A stretch of 64,000 bases of DNA. It comes from Basidiobolus meristosporus CBS 931.73. Its lineage: Eukaryota; Fungi; Basidiobolomycota. The DNA lies in assembly GCA_002104905.1 (NCBI GenBank), contig MCFE01000305.1:35064-99063 (forward strand). The letters run 5' to 3'. Below the pieces are notes generated by a model. It made no database searches and was not told the DNA's origin. It saw only the letters and a list, made by a program, of their open reading frames with translations. Shown here in pieces: positions 1 to 14,500 of this stretch (position 1 is the stretch's first letter; the number at the start of each line of letters is the position of its first letter). Both the position numbers and the translations under genes were made by a program.

Positions 1-59
1 AAACACTGGCCACGATCCTTGCAATATTTCTGGTGCTGTCTGCTCAATGTCACAGCCAA

Positions 60-3010
60 AAATGGAGCCATTTCCCATTGTAACTGCAAAGGAACACTGT
101 ACAGTCTTTGGCTCACAACAACAATGCTCAAAGATAAAGCCTACTGAGAAACCTATCACAGCATGGGAGGGGGGGTCTGTAGTACTTATAACCTAGCATA
201 TAAGTCAGAAGACATTAAAGTGCCCCATATGAAAAACTATTGCAATGATCCTATCAAAAGGCCATCACAAATTTAAAGTCCCATGACTAAGAGGTACAGA
301 TTGTGTCAGGACATCATCCAGAAACCATTGAAAAATTATTGCACCACAGATTTCACAAAAATCAGTCAGAATTTTTCATTGTAACAACGTATAAATGGCT
401 TTTGATTAGTTCCCTGCCAATTTGCTCACTTTCTGACCCCAGACACTCTGTCACATCCTGAGTTTGTGTGCATTGATTGGCTATTGCCTCTTTTTCACAT
501 TGTTTACTTCCTTACTCATCTGTTTCTCTTACTTCTTGTGAGTGTAATTTGATTTATTTTAGTTGAAACTTCAGTTGTAACTCAATTGCCAGTTGCATTG
601 ACCTATATAGGTCCCTATACCCTACGCCAACAAAAAGCACAACCCCACACTCAACAAACAACTCCATTAAAATCCACCACTTGATAAGTATTTCTGCTGC
701 AACGCTCTGATTCCATAACTTTGGCAGGAACCCAATGGCTTTATGCCACTGTTCATTCACTGGTTCCCCCACATCCTGATCTTCAACAGGCACTGCATGG
801 CCTAGCACCTCATCTGCCAGTTGTTACAATAAATCCTTGCAATATTCAAGTGCGCTTTCTTAAGCACTGCTCTTGAGGAAGTGCTGCAACCTCTTGGTGT
901 GCCTATTAACGTTCCAAAACTCCACTGAAGGCATTGTGATGGTGTTTCAAGCTCTTGACATTGTAGCCTTGTCTGTCAGTAGGATAACCACTTTGTCAAC
1001 AACAGAGCATGTGGAGGCTGTGGTAGACAAGTTGCCATTTTCTGCAAACTTATATGCCTTGCTGGAGTGTAGCTCAACTGGCTGCACTTCCAACACTTGT
1101 CAAAACAGCTGTTTTCTTGTTGGTAGCCCTTCTTGCTATGATGGGAATCAGTTGGTTCCAAGCTTGCGGCGCTAATTGGCAATAACTGCAGCTTTTATTG
1201 CATGCCTCCCTCTCTCAGCCTTAGGTAGGCATTTTTCCCTTTACTGTTTCCTTTATCACTGCTGGGTTTTTGACTGCTACTTTGTCTGAGTGCTTCTTTT
1301 AATGAACTATGCTTTCTCCTTGATAAATTTGGCTCTGACGCATATCTTTTGGCCTACTGTCCCTTGCTGGCACTCTTCTGGCAACCTGGCATTTTTTTCC
1401 GCTTGTTTTGAGCTCTCAGCCCCATTTGCAACAGGCTCCTGTAAGAGCTGATGGTTTTTATCACTGCTAGGTCCTTCACTGCTACTATGACTGAGCACTT
1501 CTTAAGTGGTACTATGCTTCTTCCTTAATAAACATTGTGCTGGTGCATACATGTCTGTCTGCTTGTCCCTAATTGGCACTCTTCTAGCTAACCAGCATCT
1601 CTTTGGGGCTTGTCTGGGGCTTTCAGCCCTTCTTGTGACAGGCTCTTAATGAAGGCACTGGTTTTTAGCCATGGCACGATTGTTCTTTTGGCCTTGACCT
1701 CCTGATGGTCCTATGGTATGCTGGCCTTAAGGTAAAAGCATGCTAGACTTCTTATGGCCTCTGGAATATTAGCCCACTCCTCATTATTGCACTCAATGAC
1801 TTCACAGATCTTCAATGTCTTTTGTTTTTAGGCTTTGGTACAAACACCACATTGTCTCCCTCCCACACTGTGATAGGTCTTTCTGTGGGCTTTATCTTTG
1901 CGCACAGTGGTTGTGCTTCACAGACTGTAAGGTGCTCCTCAGCTGTTGCATCAGGAGAAAGCTCAATTCTTTGCTGTGACATTGAGCTACTTGGGTTCCT
2001 TCTTTGCGGCACAAATACTGCTTTCTCCACCTGGGATATTGATTGTTCTACCCATATTACCCACTCATCCTGTTTCTGGATTATTTCCTGATTTCTCTGG
2101 GTCATTGCATCCATACTATTAACCACTACACCTAATTGCTCCATAAAAGCTTTTGTATGAGCTGACAAGATACCTGCTAATATGGGTGGTGGTGATATTA
2201 TGATGGCCTTTGGCTGGCCTTCATCCAAGGGTACTGCATTTGCTACCTTTGCATCTGCCTGAGCATGATCGTCAGCTTGTGGGTCTGCAGAGGTTCTCAA
2301 TTGCCTACTAGACGGAGAGCCTGAGGAGTCCACTTTATTACCTTCAGTGGGCACACTGTGAACATGGCCTTTTTTGGATGCAGCCCTGCTTATTTCACTG
2401 TATGTCAAATAAGCTGTTGTCCAACTGTTCTTCTGCTGCTGTAAGAGGTGGGGTTTGGTTGGGAACCAGACAAATGTGCTTTATTTTTTGCAGTATGTAT
2501 ATGGTAGTGAGTCAAACCAATGGGAAAAAGTGTTACATATACATGTGTATGTGGTGACACAACTCTATTCATAATTCTTACATTGGTAGGTCATCATTGA
2601 ATTCTACATTCATGTAGGTGCAATGTTTCAAATACACAACTGTGTTAAATTCACATGAGTGTTGACAAAAAGTGATATATTAGTGTTATGTTGCTGAAGG
2701 TCAAACTGTTTGCCCACAGACAAGACTACTTTGACTGAACACTGCGAGAGGAGAGAAAAAAGACCATGTGGTTATTGTAGCAAGCCTCTCAGCTATGAAG
2801 CATGCAGACAGCATAGGAAGCATCACAAGGATAATGGCCAATGTTTTGCTGCACATATCACATTTGACCATTCATTGGTCACTACTGTACCAACATTATC
2901 TTACCTGCCAGTTGGTACTTCTATATTGGCACCTGGCTGTCTTTGTCACTTGCGCAAACTGAGTGAGGTGAGTTTGTGATGCCTTTAGGCTCACCTCAGC
3001 CTTCTAAATA
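60..3010. repeat. Unclassified dispersed repeat family ('family X'), degenerate, several rearranged segments
   Basis: 60-400 is the reverse complement of about 1750-1950. 480-1700 is the reverse complement of about 8500-10130. 1680-1800 matches 10280-10390, and 2700-3010 matches 10470-10800. Low-complexity ORF remnants (1812..2408, 1307..1498) and a CGYC...H..H-like peptide (2710..2979) are present. Confidence 0.7.
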
Positions 3011-3419
3011 TGGTACGCAAAGTGAAACCAGCATGTATTTACAAGGATAATCAAAGTTGTATTTCATTAGCTAGAAATCCAACTAATCATGCCAGAACTA
3101 AGCACATTGATATACAGCATCACTTTGTGAGGAAAGCTGTAGAAAATAACTTAGTAGAGCTAGTGTACTGCCCAACTAACAAAATGGTGGCAGATATATT
3201 GACAAAGCCACTAGCTAGGCCACAATTTGAGAATCTCAGAGAGGAATTAGGATTAAGAAGTTATTTAGTTGAGGGGGAGTGTTGAAATATTGGGCTATTT
3301 GGTATCATTCTGCAGCTAAAAATTTACATAACAATTCTGGACTAGTCTTGGTCACTGTGGGACTAATTTACAGCTCTAACTTTGCCACTTTCTTCAGATC
3401 CATGATCTTATGATTATTC
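3010..3419 (+). mobile_element. 3' end of a Copia element (family A): RNase H C-terminus, PPT and first 140 bp of the 3' LTR
   Basis: ORF 3010..3285 carries DNQSCI, HARTKHIDIQHHFVR and MVADILTKPL. The purine tract GAGGGGGAG is followed by TGTTGAAATATTGG at 3280. Confidence 0.9.
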
Positions 3420-6400
3420 TGTTGAAATATTGGACTATTTGGTATCATTCAGCAGCTAAAAATTTACTTAACAATTCTAGGCTAGTCTTAGCCACTGTAG
3501 GACTCATTTACTGCCTTAACTTTGCCACTTTCTCCAGATATATGATCTTATGATTATTCCCTTATAGTCAGGATCAAATTAGCACTATTACCAAACATTA
3601 TGTACTAACCCTGAAACTGTTGCAGAATGCTCCTGAATATTGAGAAACCCTCCCTACTTAGTGTTGCAGCTGTATTACTTCTACAAAGGTATAAATACTG
3701 AGCTTCTTTATGAATAAACAACAGTTCAACTATTATCACTATTTCTTGATAAGTTCCTTATATCCAAATCACTTCTTAAATTGCAACAGGCTATGAGCCC
3801 TGATTGCCTTAATCTATTCTAAAGATGACTTCTACCAGCAAACAAAGCAATACCAACAACTTCCCTGTAAAGGAGAGGTTTGATGGGAAGTACTACAGAC
3901 TTTGGAGAATCAAGATGCAGATCCACCTTGAGGAAAAAAAGCTTTGGAACATAGTAACAGGAAAGGAAGTTGAGCCCAAAGGAAGAGCAGAAGATGTGGA
4001 GAAGTTTCAAGAGAAGGAGAGAAAGGCCTTCAATGCAATATGCATCAATGTGCAAGACTCCTTCATTGGACAAATCCATGCCTCAAATACTGCCAAAGCA
4101 GCATGGGAATCCTTAGAGAAGATCTTTAGAGCAAAGTCAGTATCAAGCAAGCTTTATCTGAAACAAAAGTTCTTCAACATGAGAAAAAAGCCAGATGATG
4201 ACATGCTACAACTCATTACCAGAATGGAGACACTTGCAGAAGAACTTTACAGTATTAATGCTGGTGTAGATGATGAAGAAAAGGTACTCTGTCTGCTTTG
4301 CAGCCTACCAGACGAGTATGAGCCACTCATACTTTCTTTTGAAAGCAGAGAAGACAACTAGACTTTAGACTATGTCAAAGGAAGACTTCTCCATGAAGAA
4401 CTCAGACATAATGATCAAGCAGAGAAAATTGAGGATAATCCTTTATTCAGTTCAGAAAGGCATACAGAAAAGAAGGGAAAGCAACAAAACCGAAGAAAAC
4501 CTGGCTGCTGTAACTACTGTAAGAAGCCAGGACACTGGGCAAGAGAATGCCAGAAGAAACAAGCAGACAAAAAACAGAAACTAGAGCAGGCAAACCATAT
4601 AACTACTGATGAACAGTTATTTGTAACTGTACAAGAGAGTGCAAGTAACCAAAGTAATGAATGGTATATTGACTCTGGAGCATCACGGCATATTTGTGGT
4701 ATAAAGGATTGGTTCAGCAACTTAAAGACTATTCCCGTAAGAAAGGTTTATCTGGGAGATAACTCTGCATTGGAAGCTACTGCCAGTGGGTCTATACAAC
4801 TAAATATGAGTGATAACTCAGGGGCAACAACAGCAAAACTGACTGACGTACTCTATGTACCTGGAATAGCAAAGAACCTACTCTCAGTCAGTAAAGCAAC
4901 CACTCAGGGACTGAAATTCATTTTTACTAAGCTGAGATGCTCAATATTGAGTGAAAATGAACAAAAATTAGCTTTGGGAATCAGAGATCACAATATATAC
5001 AAGTTACAATGCAAGATCATTGTACCTGAGTATGTCAGCATTACTGAAACTGATGAAACCAACTGGGAGACATGGCATAGGAGGCTAGGACACATAGGGG
5101 AAAAGAAAATGAGCCAATTGGTGAAAAACCAGCTTGTTTTGGGCCAAAAATACTCAATTTCAATCAAATTGAATGTTTGTAAGGGATGTTCATATGGCAA
5201 ACAAGCTAGGCAATGTTTCAAGAGCTCAGAAGGCATCAATACTACCAAAATATTGGCTATTGTACACTCAGACATATGTGGCCCCATGAGAACACTGTCC
5301 TTTGGAGCCAAGAGATACTTTATGACGTATATTGATGACAAGACAAGATATACAGGGGTATACTTCATCAAAACAAAGGATGAAGCTTTAGAGACGTTTA
5401 AGCACTTCAAGAACATGGTAGAAACACAAACTGGGTGTAAATTGAAGGTACTACAAAGTGACAATGGTGGAGAATACTGCTCAAAGGAGTTTGCAAAATA
5501 CTGCTTGTCTACTGGTATACTTCTACAGACCACAGTTCTTCATACTCCACAGCAAAATGGAGTAGCAGAACGTGCAAATAGAACAATAGTAGAGATGGAA
5601 AGATCTATGCTACATGATAAGGGAATGCACTACAAGTTTTGGGCTGAATCTGTTGCTACCGCCGTATACATCAAGAACAGATGCCCAACAACAGCACTTT
5701 GTGATTCTACACCCTTTGAAGCATATACAGGCAAAAAACCAGATCTCCAGCACCTCAGGAACTTTGGCAGTGATGTTTTTTATCACATCCCTGACAAAAA
5801 ACGCTCAAAGTTGGAACCAAAGAGTAGGAAAGGGATCTTTTTGGGTATTGTGAAGACACTAAAGGGTATAGAGTGTATGATGGCAAAATTCAGAAGCTGA
5901 TCAAGAGCAGGGACGTTGTATTTGAGGAGAATTCAGATCAGAAAGCCACGGAAATTATTGGCCAGCTGCCTGATGATGCAATCAACACAAATGAAGAAGA
6001 TACATACCAAATCCAGCCAGAGATGGAAGATACTTCTACCAGTTCCAGATCAGAACAGATTATCCCAGTTAGGAGATCTACAAGAATAAGAAATGCCCCT
6101 GGATCCTGGTGGCAGACATCCAATGATCATGAAGAAGCTTATCTTGCCTTATGTGCCAAACCTCAGAATCTGGAACAGGCAATGCAAGGTCCAGATGCTA
6201 CTAAGTGGCAACAAGCCATGCAGGAGGAGTACCAATCACTGATCAAGGCAAAAACGTGGGAACTGGTAGATTTACGAAATGGGAGAAAGCCAATAGGATG
6301 TAGATGGGTCTACAAGATCAAGATAACTTCAAATGGTGCCGTTGATAAGTACAAGGCTAGATTGGTAGCTAAAGGCTATTCCCAGATCTAGGGACTAGAC

Positions 6401-7145
6401 TTTAAGGAAACAGTTGCTCCGGTTGCCAAGTTTAACTCTATTAGGACAGTTCTAGCCCTGGCAGCTGTACACAGTCTAGATCTACACCAAATGGATGTCA
6501 AAACAGCCTTTCTAAATGGGGATTTGCAAGAAACTATATATATGGAGCAACCAGAAGGTTTTACCAATCCAAAAGGCCCCCATAAGGTGTGCAAACTTAG
6601 AAGATTGTTGTATGGGCTTAAGCAGGCACCCAGTGCATGGTATAACAAGATTGACACATACCTAGAGGAAATTGGGTTTTCTTGTAGCACTGCAGATCAC
6701 AGTATATATGTGAAACAGCTCAAAAAGGGTGTGATCATCCTAGTTCTTTATGTGGATGACCTAATTATAGCTACAAGTGATCAAGAGGCACTTAAACAGA
6801 CGAAATCAGATCTCTTCAGCAAGTTTGAGATGAAAGATCTTGGAAAATTGAGCTATTTTCTTGGAATTGAGGTCAAATTTGACATACCTACGCAGAAAAT
6901 TGTGCTGAATCAGTCTAAGTACATCAGGGACATTCTTAGATGCTTCAAAATGGAAAATTGCAGGCCTGCAGCAACCCCTATGGACAATAACCTGAAATTA
7001 AGCAAGTCTCAGCCAGTTATGGATGAAAACAACTCAAATATGGACCAAAACTTTCCCTATCAATCAATGGTTGGTAGCCTAATGTACTTGATGGTGTCTA
7101 CATGTCCAGATATTGCAGTAGCAGTTGGAATAGTCAATCAAAATT
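3420..7145 (+). mobile_element. Ty1/Copia LTR retrotransposon (family A): 5' LTR plus disrupted gag-pol, 3'-truncated before RNase H
   Basis: LTR 3420-3788 (TGTTG...CAACA) is followed by PBS GGCTATGAGCCC. Gag 3825..4361 has an in-frame stop, then the zinc knuckle CNYCKKPGHWAREC. Protease WYIDSGAS, integrase WHRRLGH/HSDICGP/SDNGGEY/QQNGVAER and RT YKARLVAKG/MDVKTAFL/LYVDDL follow. There are stops and a frameshift near 5850. Confidence 0.95.
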
Positions 7146-8499
7146 GCCCCATCTATATCCATTCTCTACTCCATCTTGCATGGTGTGTGCAGAATGTTGG
7201 GCCTTGCTTCACCTTTTGGGAGTTTCCTATGGAATAAATGTGTGGGGAGAGAGGAAAACAAGTCAGGTTGCAGGTGCCACCATATCCCAATCTCATCAAG
7301 AATATTACCTCTAAGTCAATCATGGATGTGATGAGTTGGTATATGGACAACAGCCAGGAAGTGTTGGAAAATACTGAGGACAAATGTGCACATGGAGACA
7401 CCTATGCCTATGGCATTAAGAAGCTAAGCAGCCACAATGCATAGGTAATCAGTTGGGTAATGCAAAGTTGAGTTGGGTGCAACAAGCAACTGATTTCTAT
7501 TAGGAAAACTCTACTAATATATGCTAGATTTTTCTTGGTCACAAGCCAATTTATACACCATTCAAGACAGAATTCACACAAACAAGAGCCAGAGTGCACC
7601 TACAAGGGGGACTAGAATCCAGCAGGGAAAAGGAATATATTGGCTAAATACCAAGAAGTTCTTAGCAGATATTCAGGAGGTTTTCATGGCAGAAGTGGCA
7701 ACAACCAAGCATATGTTTGCAAGAAGTAAATGTTACCAGCAATACAAGGTATATGTCAACTTTGCAAGTATCACACTCAAAAGCTGTAAAGTTGAGGTGA
7801 TAGAAGTATGTCAATTGCAGCAGGTGTGTGTGTTTGTGGAGGTTAGTAAGCAGGAGACCATAGTTTTTTTATTCAAACTATATGTGGACTATACAAGGTA
7901 TTAGTGTGTAAGCAAATAAAGAGGAGCAATTCTACAGCTGAATATATGAATTGCACAAGGGGAGGTAGAAAAAGGAAATGCCATCTGGTAAATTAGTATG
8001 GCAGCATTATACAAAACCAACTGTAGGCCACCATACTTCCATAATAATGCTATCAGAGTCTTGCTGTGAGGCTGTTGAGATACCATCAAGTTTCTGCCAT
8101 ATAAGGCAATTGGATGTCCTGGCTGGTTGGATCCACTTAAAGTAGCTGCAAAGTGCAAGAAGACCTCAACAATACCATGCAACTATTGTCACAGCACCAA
8201 TGAAATTTTGTAAGTTTTGTCACTTTATTTGGTAGTGAGATTAGCAAAATGCTGTTGTGATCCCATCATAAGATTGTTAATAGGGTCACTAGCTCCAAGC
8301 TGCTGGTACTATGATGGTCTCTGAATGGGATCCTGATGGCTGATCCAGATCAGATCCACTCATTGGACCAAAATATATTTCATAGGGATCCTTGAAGCCA
8401 TTGCATGCAATGATGAAGAGTGGACAAATGCTCCAGAAGCAGTTAGAAGTCTAGCACTGCAACACCTGAAGGTAAGCACACCTGGGACCATCAAGAACT

Positions 8500-10800
8500 C
8501 AAGGCAAAGCAGAATGCACTTAGCCTGTTCTAGGAGCATTATCTTGTATTCAAGTGTGCCAATGAATTTTGAGCCAGAATGGGAACACTAAGAAAGTATC
8601 TCAATAATAGCAGAAGCTGTCAAAGGTCAATGAACAATGATGCAATGGCTAAGACTCAGCAGCTTCCTCAAGAATGTGTTACAGGCTGGGCTGAATGCTC
8701 CAATCAAGTGGCAAAGAAACATCAGGTAGCCAGAAGAGTTCTAATGAGGGACAGTCAGGCTAGAACAGATGCACCAGTGAAGTACTTATTAAGTAGAAGA
8801 TGTAGTTTAATACAAGAAGCACTAAGTCTCATTAGTAGGCAAGGACCTGATAGTGACAAAAACCTGTAGCTTCTCAGGAGCCCATCACCAGCAGGGCTGA
8901 TAGCTCCAAGCAATCAGCAAAAAGATGTCAGGTTCCTGTCAGAGTGATGGCTAGGGAGAAGCAGGCAAAAATGGATGCACTAGTGCAGCATTCATCTAGG
9001 AGAAAACAATGTACAATACAAGAACCATTTGGTCACAATAGCAGTGAAGGATCTCACAGTGATAAAAACCTACTGCTTTCTGTGGGGCCCATCACAAGCA
9101 GGGCTGATAGCTCAAGCAAGCAGCAAAGAAATGTCAGGTTACCAGGAGAGTGCTAACAAGGGCAAGCAGGCAGCAATGGATACACCATTGCAGCATTAAC
9201 CAAAGAGAAAATGTTCTCAATCTAAGTGGCAGTGAAAGATTTGGCAGGGAAGAAGGAGAGGTATGGAAAAAAGGTCTTCTCATGCCAGAGAGAGGAAAGT
9301 GTCAGAAGAAAAGCTGCAGTGCTCACCAATTTAGGCTGTCAGCCCAGAACTTGCTGAACCCCATCATAGTCAAGGAGAATTGCTACCAAGAAAGCAGCTG
9401 ATTTTTCAAGAGTTGGAAGTGCAGTAAGCTGAGCTACCCTCAAGTGAGGTAGATGAGTTTGCAGAGAAAGGCAATTTCTCTACCACTGCCTTCATGTCTA
9501 CCATTGTAGTCAGAGTAGATATCCAGATGATTGACAAAGCAACATCATAAAGAACCCAAAAGACTATCACAACTCCTACAGTGGAGCTTTTTAACATTGA
9601 TAGGTATACATAGAGGCTGCAGCACTTCTTCAAGAACAGTGATTGGGAAAATGCACCTGACTATTGCAAGAATATATTGCAGAGACTGGCTGATGAGGTG
9701 CTAGACCCTGTAGTGCTGGCTGAAGACCAGGACACATAGGAACCTGAGAATGGGCAGTGGCAAAAAGCTGCAGGATGGCTGCCAAAGACATGTAAAAAGG
9801 ACATTGCAGCAGATATACTCATTGAGTGGTAGTTTTTATGGAGTTATTTATTGAGTGTGGGGCTGAGCTTAGTGTTAGTGCTGGGTACAGGGACTTATAT
9901 TGGTTACTACAACTGACAATGAATGTACAATTGAAATCTCAACAGAAATAAGTTAATTTGAATGAATGAGATGTAAGAGAGCTGGTCAGGTCAGGAAGTA
10001 AGGAATGTGAAAAAGAGGCATTAGCCAATCATTGTACACAAACATAGGAGGTGATTGAGTGTCTGAAATCAGTAAGTGAGAGAGCTGGCAGCAGAAAAAT
10101 CAACAGCCACTCATGTATTGTTATCATGAAAAGTGTTGACTAAGTTTTTTGAGAAATACAAGATGCAATTATTTAGCCACAGTTGTTGCAGAGTGTTCTG
10201 ATAGTATTAATACCTCTTAGTCACAGGACTTTAATTTAGTGGGAGTCTTTTAATAGAATCATCATAGTTATTTTTCATAGGGCTTGGCCTTGAGTTCCTG
10301 ATGGTCTCACGGTATTCTGGCCTTAAGGTGATGGTGTGATAGACTTTTTAAAGCCTCTCTAATATAAGCCCACTCTTCATTATTGTACTTGTGTATCTGC
10401 CATGTCTCAGATACATGACTGTCTTAAGTTCAGATGAGTGATGGCAAAACAGTGATAAAATAGTGCTGCATTGTTGAGTGTCAGGCTGTTTGCCCCATAG
10501 AGGAGACTACTGGGATGCAATGCCGTAGGAGAAGTGAAAAAAGCATAGGTGTATATTTTGACAAGCCTCACAGCCATTAAACATGCAGATAGCATAGGAA
10601 GTATTACAAGCATCACAGCTGGTGTTTTGCAGCTCAAGTCTTATTTGACCATTCATCAGTGTCTACTGCACCAACAATATCTTGCCAGCCACATTGTACA
10701 TCTATCACAGTATCTTACAGTATTTGTCACCTTACACAGACTGAGACAGGTGAGTTTGCTGCGCCTTTAGGCTTGCCACAGTTTCTGAATATGGCATGTA
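8500..10800. repeat. Family X dispersed repeat copy with internal ~190-bp tandem units
   Basis: Reverse-complement homology to 480-1700. Tandem units at about 8800-8990 and 8990-9180 (…GTGA(C/T)AAAAACC…CCCATCAC…GCAGGGCTGATAGCTC…ATGTCAGGTT…). Confidence 0.7.
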
Positions 10801-11142
10801 GAGCAATAGCTCTGAAGAAGTTGGCTCACAAATGGATTTTGCTACTATCCCTGTGGTAATGGAAAGTATTCCAATACTACATATCTCAAAACCAAGATTG
10901 CACTCGTTTCTTTATTTTGCTTTTTGCTATTGTAATGCACAAGTGAAAGATCAAGAATTTCCAACTTTGAAGAACAAATGCTCTAGACCCTTAGAAGAAA
11001 TCCACCCAAAAATATTATGTCATGCAGAACACTGAGTAGTCAACACATATTTCAAATTACAGCTCATTTGAAGCAGTACTTGCGGAGGTACAATCAAAAG
11101 AGTCCAATTATCATGCGTACAAGGCCTCTATTGCTAGGATTA

Positions 11143-11510
11143 TGTTACAACTTAAGAAGTGATTTGGATACAAGGAACTTATCAGCAAATAGTGATAATA
11201 GTTGAACTGTTGTTTATTAATAAAGAAGCTCAGTATTTATATCTTTGTAGAAGTAATACAGCTGTAACACTAAGTAAGGAGGGTTTCTCAATATTCAGGA
11301 GCATTCTGTAGCAGTTTAAGGGTTAGTACATAATAGTTAGTATTAGTGCTATTTTGATCCTGGCTATAGGGGAAAAATCATAAGATATAGATCTGAAGAA
11401 AGTGGCAAAGTTAGAGCTGTAAATTAGTCTTACAGTAACCAAGACTAGTCTGGAATTGTTATGTAAATTTTTAGCTGCAGAGTGATACCAAATAGTCCAA
11501 TATTTCAACA
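11143..11510 (-). mobile_element. Solo LTR of Copia family A with 5-bp TSD
   Basis: Reverse complement of the 3420-3788 LTR, with TG...CA ends. GATTA flanks both sides (11138-11142 and 11511-11515). Confidence 0.95.
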
Positions 11511-11541
11511 GATTACTATGGCAACTTTGATTGCATATAAC

Positions 11542-14500
11542 TGTTGAAATATTAGAGAGATATATTGGAAGTGAATTGGAGAATTAGAAGATTTACATGA
11601 TATTCACTTGATGTTTTATTGAGTTGCAACACAGTATTTATACTTATTGCAGAACTACGTAAATGCAACTATTTGGTCATTATTAGGGGAGTCTCAGGAG
11701 TACATGTGCCAAGTTTCGGCGCATTTGGACAAGTTTCAGATTTTCCTAAAATTCTGTACTTCTCTAATTCCTAATAATTAGTAAATATCTTACGAACTAA
11801 TTTTCATGTTGATAATCTAAGATATATCATTTCACTAAGTGCTAGTTCATAATATATTAATAATTAGGTGGACTCCTAATTATTTCAACACTCCCACTCA
11901 CATAATATATTCATATACTTATGAACTTGCTGTGGTGTTGTGTATCTTGCGGTTGAAATTAAACCTGCAATCAACCATCTAACCTATTGGACTAATGTAT
12001 TCTCCAATATATGTTAAGGATTGCATATTATCTGTAATAACCAAGTATAAGTTCATACTGTTAATTACATACTTCAGATCAAACTGCTTTGAGTCTGAAT
12101 TCTGATTTCATCACAAATATCTATGAATGAGTATCATCCATTTGATCGGAGTAAAACTTTTCATATACTGATCAAATCCCGGCATAGTATGTATCATCAG
12201 AGAGCTGCGTTCTCAGGCTATCTGCTGTTTCTTATTTGAGTAAGATTGGTCAATAATTGGCAAAGTTAGGATGTGTTCTTCTCTCCAGTAGATCTGGATC
12301 ATCCACAGTTCCGGTCTATAGTCTAATTCACTTAGACTATCCTCCATATATCCATAACTGGATCTGGATAGTAACTTTCCTCATATACTCCATATATGAT
12401 CTGCTGAGACCAACAATTGGTCAGCATTGTAGTGGCCTTATTCTTCACCAGTTGACCAAGTATTTCCTCTTCCGGACTAGTGCCTTCAATAGTATCTAGC
12501 TTAGCTTTTCTTCATTCCTGATCTGGGATATTGTACTCCCACTGAAGCTACGTCTTCTGGTGCTTCCTGCCTTCTAAAATTGACTCAGATAGATCATATA
12601 TATCCTTCTGATCTAGGCATAACTTTCTTGGACTGATATTGCAGTTACGGTATTGAGATCTTCCCTTTACATCTTGATAGGCTTGATTTGGTATCACAAG
12701 ATACCACAGCCTGATTGGCAGCTATTCATAGAGGTTTCATCCTAAACAGGATAGATATGGTCTCATATATACTGTTGCGCTTTAAACAGTACAACCTGAT
12801 CTGGCACTTTCTAATTGCGTAAATCTACCATAACAGCTCTGATAAGTCACTGTTACTTCTGATAGAATTTTCCAGCATAGAGCTCGGTTGACAGTGCAAA
12901 TAGACAAGTCCATGATCTTCTGGACCCATTATAACCCTTAGGTGGGCCCTTGGTACCACTTCTCTAGCTCCAACTGTAAGTAAGTTGACTTCATTGCTCA
13001 CCGTAATTGTGATGTTGCCTCTGAGTACGTAGGTTCTCTTGGACTGCTTTGCTGCTTTCCTTAGCAACAATACTCCACTATCCTTGTGTGGTAGGATAAC
13101 TGGATCAAATCTAGTATGCTAGATAGTCCAAATCTGGCTTAGGTGTCACCTAACTCCATTTAGAAACTGATAACTTATTGGCGGTAGGTTTTTGTTCCAT
13201 ATCTGGTCTTAAAGATGCTGGTTGCTGGAATTTCCTTATTGATCTAGATCTGGACCATGCAGGTAGCATATCCACGGTTTGTTAGATCTCCCAGAGTGTT
13301 CAGGAACCTCCTGTCTTCAAAACATATCTATTCTGAGATGTTTCAACCAAATTGGTCATCCATTTGGATCTGGCATAACTTTTCACAGGCTTGATCAAAT
13401 TTGATCAAATAAACTTCCTTAAAGAGCCATTTCTCTCAGCATCTCGGTGGCAGATATCATTTTTGCAGTTTGGCCCGTAGCTGGGAGCTGCAAGTAACTT
13501 GATCTGATCATAATAGCATGATTAACATCTGATCCATGTTAATATAAATGATCCTTCATCACTGTATGTATGTGATATATGTACTAGCGTAGGGCAACTA
13601 GTACACTCCTTGATAGTACTTCATGCATATTCTCTAGTGTATACAGAGACTATAAGCATATACTTTGGTCAAGGTCTCCGGTAGCACTTTTCTTGATGGC
13701 GGTAGAAATTCCATGCTTCAACATATATGGATATATCTCCTCCCACTGTTCCTGATACTTGATGTAGACATGTAGCTTGTCTAATAAGTGTCTCACAGGG
13801 CCTCAGGATCATTGGTACTGGAAATAGTACCACTGATATATCATGCGTACCACTCCTAAGTTGGCATGTCTGAGATCACTGATCTTCGGCCAAATATATA
13901 GGTATTGTATATCATTTTGATCCTCAGAGTTTGGGCAAGCTGATCCATATATTCGTCTGCATATCCAACTCCAAACTAGGGCAGCAGGCGGCATCAAAGT
14001 ATTTGCGCATCATTTCATTTCAAGTGGCTACAGACTTATGTAAATTCACTGCAGCAATGTGGGCACTTCATTGACTGAAATAGTCTAATGTAAACCCAGG
14101 TATATGTGGATCATCAACATAGCTCCTTTATGTTGTGATAATAAGGATCATAGCACTAATACATATATCATGTAATATGCCCCTTATTGATCTGGACTCC
14201 TTGCTGGGATTACGCATTTTCTCAAAGCTTCATCCTTCTGCAGATTTCATAATTTGAAAACTGTCCAACATGACCTCCTTGACATATGACCTTTTTCTTT
14301 GCTTAGTGTCTTCTTTAAGGGCAAAGGCCTCTTTCTCCAAAACAATATATCCCATCTAGCAGTTCTTTGCAGCGGTAGTACTTTTTCTGTCTTTTGTAAC
14401 TTCAGGTAGACCAGGCAGTCTTTCTCCAGAATAAAGACACAGCACTAGAGCAAAGTGGATAACTAAGATAAAGCAAGCTCGGGGCTCATAACCTGTTGAA

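Noticed and set aside
3010-7145. Circularly permuted Copia (RNase H-PPT-partial LTR-LTR-gag-pol) as an integrated cDNA circle or autointegrant
   Set aside because: The two 140-bp LTR segments differ at about 15 positions, and the partial one is closer to the solo LTR at 11143 than to its neighbour. Two independent insertions are more parsimonious.
7146-8500. Possible degenerate Gypsy integrase or LTR (HGDTYAYGIKK; TGGTAGTGAGA)
   Set aside because: The similarity is too weak to call without alignment.
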